A program made the position numbers and the translations under genes. From NCBI GenBank assembly GCA_964347785.1, contig CAYFZH010000003.1:1-38469 (forward strand): a stretch of 38,469 nt of DNA. The letters are read 5' to 3'. The notes under the pieces are model-generated. The model did no database searches. It saw only the letters and a program-made list of their open reading frames with translations, and was not told the DNA's origin. The DNA comes from an uncultured Candidatus Saccharibacteria bacterium (GTDB taxonomy: Bacteria; Patescibacteriota; Minisyncoccia; Phycocordibacterales; Zambryskibacteraceae). Shown here in pieces: positions 34,860 to 38,469 of this stretch. Positions within the stretch are counted from its first letter, which is position 1, and each line of letters opens with the position of its first letter.

Positions 34860-35181
34860 AGACTTCTAAGACATTATCTCTCATCTCTGTATAACCTTCA
34901 TTCAAATCCACCTTCTCGACTGCCCCCTTGATGAGGCTCACGTTCGAAAGTATATCCTCAAACCCAGAAACAGCCGATGAATAGAGGGACTCAAACGGGC
35001 TCGTCTCTTGGTGGGCGCGCTCCGCCTCAACCTCTTGGAGAGAAATAGTATCACCGACTCCGAAAGTCGCCATACTCCAGAAGGTGAAGATGAGGAGAGT
35101 AAAGACTCCTGAGACTACAAGAGCGAAGCGCTTCTTGTGTCGCTCTGGTCTCTCGTGCAATGTTTCCAAATATCTTTTCAT
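34849..35181 (-). CDS. Hypothetical single-pass membrane protein, 110 aa
   Basis: ATG start. The TM is [22 protein letters not shown]. It overlaps the gyrA start by 11 nt, which suggests co-transcription. Confidence 0.5.
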   Translation of the reverse strand: MKRYLETLHERPERHKKRFALVVSGVFTLLIFTFWSMATFGVGDTISLQEVEAERAHQETSPFESLYSSAVSGFEDILSNVSLIKGAVEKVDLNEGYTEMRDNVLEVYVP

Positions 35182-35200
35182 ACTTCTTGCTTCGTACTCC

Positions 35201-35752
35201 TTACTCCTCTTTGAGCACTACGATCTCGCTCTTCTTGCCCTCGAGGTCCTTCTTCTTGACCACAAACTTCTCCACTGCCTCGACCTTTTCCCCTCCTTCC
35301 TTGATAAATTGCTCGAGAGACTGCTTGGTGTAGGCCATAGGGATGATCACTCTAGGCTCGAGAGAGACTGCGAGCTTGTAAGCAGGTGCCACACCTAGGG
35401 TGTCGACAGGAGCGAAGAGGATATCGACATCCTCGATCGCCTCGAGAGTCTCGCTCTTGAGGTTGGGGTCAGAGAGAGCTCCAAGGAAACAGAGCTTCAT
35501 CCCTTCGAAGGAGATCATGTAGACCGTGTTCAAACGCTCCTTGCCCTCGGAGAGGAAACCCTTGATGAAGATATCCTTGATCTCGTATTCACCCGGACCT
35601 TCGACGACGAAGCCAGATTTGTCCGATGTCTCAGAACGTCCTGTGGTAAAGAGGGTCACATCCGCAGAAATCTTGGATGTTGGGTTGGTGACGATACCAA
35701 GATCGCCTTGAGAAATTTTGAAACACTCCTGTCCTTGGTAAGAGATAATCAC
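35201..35752 (-). CDS. MBL-fold (Lactamase_B_3 / UPF0173-like) protein with degenerate metal-binding motifs
   Basis: The overall pattern is MIISYQGQECFKI...GPGEYEIKDIFIKG...VDILFAPV...PRVIIPMAY. The HxHxDH position reads TTGRSETSD and the later HLGD position reads FLGALSD. The start is GTG. Confidence 0.55.
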   Translation of the reverse strand: MIISYQGQECFKISQGDLGIVTNPTSKISADVTLFTTGRSETSDKSGFVVEGPGEYEIKDIFIKGFLSEGKERLNTVYMISFEGMKLCFLGALSDPNLKSETLEAIEDVDILFAPVDTLGVAPAYKLAVSLEPRVIIPMAYTKQSLEQFIKEGGEKVEAVEKFVVKKKDLEGKKSEIVVLKEE

Positions 35753-35821
35753 GAGGGCTATTTTACCAAATTAAGCTTATGGATACCAGCGTTTTGCTCC
35801 CGAACTCCCCCACTTTTCTGC

Positions 35822-35850
35822 TTGACAAATAGGGTGAAGTATGCTAAGCT
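35822..35850 (+). promoter_or_regulatory. Consensus-like promoter TTGACA-17-TAAGCT with extended TG
   Basis: TTGACA at 35822-35827, a 17-nt spacer ending in TGC, and TAAGCT at 35845-35850. Confidence 0.55.
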
Positions 35851-35900
35851 GTAGACAGTAACGCACACGGGCTTACGAGCCCACAACAAGGAGAGACCCA

Positions 35901-36203
35901 ATGGACGCACGCACTTCGAAGAAGATGGCGATCACACGGAAAGAGATCGCCGAGCTTGAAGTCAGGCTCACGGAGCTCTGCAATCTCGTCAACAACACGC
36001 TGGATTTCAAGCCTATCACTGGGGACGGCAAGGACGCGCAGACCCAGCACGTGGAAGATCTGAGGTCGAAGCAGGACAACGTCAACGCGGAGATCAAGAA
36101 GCTTCGCATTCGTCTCGAGATCGAGACGGTGGCGATGCTCGCGGGCGTCGATACCGACATCGCGGAACCGACAGCGGCGGAAACCCTCCGCCAGGCCTCG
36201 TAG
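35901..36203 (+). CDS. Hypothetical coiled-coil protein, 100 aa, orphan
   Basis: AAGGAGAG lies upstream of the ATG. The heptad-like sequence is KEIAELEVRLTELCNLV...NAEIKKLRIRLEIE. It has its own promoter and terminator and is GC-rich. Confidence 0.6.
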   Translation: MDARTSKKMAITRKEIAELEVRLTELCNLVNNTLDFKPITGDGKDAQTQHVEDLRSKQDNVNAEIKKLRIRLEIETVAMLAGVDTDIAEPTAAETLRQAS

Positions 36204-36234
36204 CACCGTTCGCTGGGCGGAGAAACTCAGCAGA

Positions 36235-36264
36235 GGGGCGGCCACACTGGTGGTCGCCCCTTTT
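36235..36264 (+). terminator. Rho-independent terminator
   Basis: GGGGCGGCCAC-ACTG-GTGGTCGCCCC is followed by TTTTCATTT. Confidence 0.75.
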
Positions 36265-36326
36265 CATTTGACTTTTAAGCCATTTCTTATAACGTTTTGC
36301 CCAGACTTTAAACCACAAGGAGACCC

Positions 36327-36458
36327 ATGGCAGGAACTGTCTTGATCTTCAGACCCCAGCAGACACGGAATGGCTTGAAGGTTGCCTCAGCGACCATGCT
36401 TGCCTTCATGGTCACACAGGTCATCTTCGGCACACTTCAGGTACTCTGGCACTTCTGA
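36327..36458 (+). CDS. Candidate small hydrophobic peptide, 43 aa (below the ORF-track cutoff)
   Basis: The translation is ATG...TGA = MAGTVLIFRPQQTRNGLKVASATMLAFMVTQVIFGTLQVLWHF. AAGGAGA lies 3-4 nt upstream. A perfect 15-bp terminator follows. The RBS context CCACAAGGAGACCCATGG resembles that of the preceding gene. Confidence 0.45.
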   Translation: MAGTVLIFRPQQTRNGLKVASATMLAFMVTQVIFGTLQVLWHF

Positions 36459-36465
36459 GAGCTTC

Positions 36466-36501
36466 AAGGGCAGGGTTGCGACTACGCAACCCTGCCCTTT
36501 T
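36466..36501 (+). terminator. Rho-independent terminator
   Basis: AAGGGCAGGGTTGCG-ACTA-CGCAACCCTGCCCTT (15 bp, perfect) is followed by TT. Confidence 0.8.
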
Positions 36502-36508
36502 CCATATC

Positions 36509-36536
36509 TTGATTTTCTAGCCCTTTTTGATATAGT
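36509..36536 (+). promoter_or_regulatory. Candidate rpsA promoter TTGATT-16-TATAGT with extended TG
   Basis: TTGATT at 36509-36514 and TGATATAGT ending at 36536. An SD-less leader of about 85 nt follows, up to the ATG at 36629. Confidence 0.5.
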
Positions 36537-36628
36537 TTCCCAGTTCTTTATCAGACCACCGTTTCTGTTATCCCCGGGAGATCGGCAACCACTCTTTAAT
36601 CTCACGGGACCGGATACGGTTATCTAAA

Positions 36629-37789
36629 ATGTCATTATTTGGAAGAAAGAAGACTGAAGCTGTCGAAGCTGAAGTCAAAGAGGTTAAGAAGGTTAAGAAA
36701 GAAAAGAAGACAAAAGTAGAACTCTCTCCGGAGGATTCTGCCGTTTCTGCATATCTAGAAAAGATCCCTAACCCTCCATCAATCGACGACCTAGTCGAGG
36801 GTCCAGTGATCTCCATAGACAAGGGTGCGGTCTACATCGACCTCCCTCCATTCGGTACAGGTATCATCTACGGACGCGAGTTCCAGAACGCACGCGACAT
36901 CATCAAGAGGATCGGCATTGGCGACACAGTGAACGGCAAGGTCGTCGGTATTGGAGGCAAGGAGGGCTACATCGAGATCTCTCTCAAGGAAGCTCGTCAG
37001 GCTCTCATCTGGTCAGAAGCAGAGGACGCCATCCGCGAGAAGAGGAACTTCGAACTCCCTATCACAGATGCCAACAAGGGTGGTCTTATCATCAACTGGC
37101 AGGGTATCACCGGCTTCCTCCCAGCTTCTCAGCTCAAGCCTGAGCACTATCCTCGTATCTCAGATGGAGACAAGGACAAGATTCTCGATGAGCTGAAGAA
37201 GCTCGTAGGCGAGAGACTCCTCGTCACTATGATTGGTGCAAATCCCAAGGAAGGTAAGCTCATCTTCTCTGAGAAGTCTCCAGAGACCAAGGACAAGGAA
37301 GCTGTCGTCTCTAAGTACACTCTAGGCGACGAAGTCCTAGGTGAAGTGACAGGACTCGTAGACTTCGGTGTCTTCGTGAAGATTGAGGAAGGACTCGAGG
37401 GTCTCGTCCACATCTCTGAGATCGACTGGGGTCTTGTAGAGAATCCTAAGACCATGTTCAAGATCGGAGAGAAGGTCCGTGTGAAGGTGATCGAGATCAA
37501 GGAAGGCAAGATCTCCCTCTCTATCAAGGCACTCAAGGAAAACCCTTGGAAGGATGCTGGCAAGAAATACAAGAAGGATGACGTCGTCGAAGGTGTCATC
37601 ATCAAGTACAACAAGCATGGTGCTCTCGCCTCTATCGAGGAAGGTGTCGCTGGTCTCATCCACGTCTCTGAGTTCGGCTCCGAAGAGAAGCTCCGCGAGA
37701 AACTCGAGATGGGCAAGTCCTACTCCTTCAAGATCACTCTCTTCGATCCGAAAGAGCAGAAAATGGCTCTCTCGTATGTAGAGAAGTAA
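36629..37789 (+). CDS. rpsA: 30S ribosomal protein S1 (four S1 domains, Lys-rich N-terminus)
   Basis: S1-domain patterns repeat (G.V..I......YIDL, GFLPASQL, GEVTGLVDFGVFVKIEEGLEGLVHISE, GVIIKYNKHGALASIEEGVAGLIHVSE). Confidence 0.9.
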   Translation: MSLFGRKKTEAVEAEVKEVKKVKKEKKTKVELSPEDSAVSAYLEKIPNPPSIDDLVEGPVISIDKGAVYIDLPPFGTGIIYGREFQNARDIIKRIGIGDTVNGKVVGIGGKEGYIEISLKEARQALIWSEAEDAIREKRNFELPITDANKGGLIINWQGITGFLPASQLKPEHYPRISDGDKDKILDELKKLVGERLLVTMIGANPKEGKLIFSEKSPETKDKEAVVSKYTLGDEVLGEVTGLVDFGVFVKIEEGLEGLVHISEIDWGLVENPKTMFKIGEKVRVKVIEIKEGKISLSIKALKENPWKDAGKKYKKDDVVEGVIIKYNKHGALASIEEGVAGLIHVSEFGSEEKLREKLEMGKSYSFKITLFDPKEQKMALSYVEK

Positions 37790-37809
37790 AATCAAAGAAG
37801 CTTAAATCA

Positions 37810-37834
37810 AAAACCCGCCGATGGCGGGTTTTTG
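37810..37834 (+). terminator. Rho-independent terminator of rpsA
   Basis: AAAACCCGCC-GAT-GGCGGGTTTT is followed by TG. Confidence 0.75.
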
Positions 37835-37835
37835 A

Positions 37836-37864
37836 TTGACACTCTGAGGGTCTTTAATTAGGCT
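37836..37864 (+). promoter_or_regulatory. Candidate promoter TTGACA-17-TAGGCT
   Basis: TTGACA at 37836-37841, a 17-nt spacer, and TAGGCT at 37859-37864. Confidence 0.5.
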
Positions 37865-37893
37865 AGGTTTAGACACTTAAGGCTGGAGGATGC

Positions 37894-38367
37894 ATGGACG
37901 CTCACAGAGACGGGGTTGATTTCGTGCTTTACGCCACAGAAGACACGCGGCGGGCTATCAGAGTGGTCGACCTCTTCTTCCTGCTCTCGTATGCGGTGGC
38001 TCGTGATACTGACCAGGAATTCATCTCTATCAAAGCCGAGAATCTCCACCGCAAGTTTCCTGAATTCGTAAAATCCCTCTCTCTGGAGCTAGCTCCCAAA
38101 GAGGAGTGCGTATACGAGTTTGGGCCTGGAGATTTCTGCCGCGCCATCGCTCTCTACAACATCGCGTACGAACAAACTGGAAGTGGAGTAAGAGAACCAC
38201 CAATCGCTTGGATTCTCTTCGCTCACCTCCACCCCAACAGGAACGAGAACGAGAGAAATATCCTGAGAAGAGCGACGATGGTTGGTGTGCCGAAGGAAAT
38301 ACTCAACTACGAACACCTGACGCGCCTGACCACAGACATGCTCAAGCAGATGGGTGTACTTACCTGA
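37894..38367 (+). CDS. Hypothetical protein, 157 aa, orphan
   Basis: GGAGGA lies 3 nt upstream of the ATG. It has its own promoter and terminator. I recognise no motif. Confidence 0.6.
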   Translation: MDAHRDGVDFVLYATEDTRRAIRVVDLFFLLSYAVARDTDQEFISIKAENLHRKFPEFVKSLSLELAPKEECVYEFGPGDFCRAIALYNIAYEQTGSGVREPPIAWILFAHLHPNRNENERNILRRATMVGVPKEILNYEHLTRLTTDMLKQMGVLT

Positions 38368-38372
38368 CAAGA

Positions 38373-38398
38373 AAGGGTCGACTCAAGTCGACCCTTTT
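38373..38398 (+). terminator. Rho-independent terminator
   Basis: AAGGGTCGAC-TCAA-GTCGACCCTT is followed by TT. Confidence 0.75.
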
Positions 38399-38469
38399 CG
38401 CATCATTATGAATTAAACTCCGGAATTTTTTTATTGAGACTTTAATTGACTTATAGGTAATACTTATGT

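Noticed and set aside
1-38469. CRISPR arrays, IS elements, transposases, integrases, rRNA genes, or an alternative genetic code (TGA recoding)
   Set aside because: I saw no regularly spaced direct repeats with spacers and no recognisable transposase or integrase motifs in any frame. All conserved proteins are full-length under the standard code, with TGA used as a stop (for example mreC, the Nudix gene and the vWA gene).

Overview
The window reads as a gene-dense bacterial chromosome segment. Almost every housekeeping protein is a shortened version, so I infer a reduced genome of the CPR/Patescibacteria type, using the standard genetic code. The backbone genes are rnr, a short hinge-less smc, rnc, a nusB-Nudix fusion, rpmF, rnhB, dnaE, thrS, lysS, greA, mrdA-mreD-mreC-mreB, proS, an rseP-like M50 protease, frr, holB, an FKBP isomerase, a LOG-family protein, an FAD oxidoreductase, gyrA and rpsA. 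These backbone genes mostly lack Shine-Dalgarno (SD) sequences, and several sit only 3-12 nt downstream of a -10 box. About ten orphan genes sit between them. The orphans are visibly more GC-rich, carry strong SD sites, and usually have their own TTGACA-N17-TAAGNT promoter and a GC-rich hairpin terminator. The most system-like locus is a tightly packed minus-strand block at 28772-32379. It holds a membrane-anchored solute-binding-protein homologue with no ABC partner genes, followed by six small two-helix membrane proteins that look like VirB2/TrbC-type pilins. One of these proteins carries a C-terminal tandem PEAG repeat tail. Other items worth a second look are a tRNA 3' end at the left edge that appears interrupted or duplicated by a 94-nt offset, an ORF-less promoter-to-terminator unit at 22529-22726, a hairpin-dense 332-bp spacer after rnc, and a compositional break inside proS. 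I saw no CRISPR array, transposase, integrase or rRNA. All calls come from reading the sequence and the supplied translations; no searches were run.
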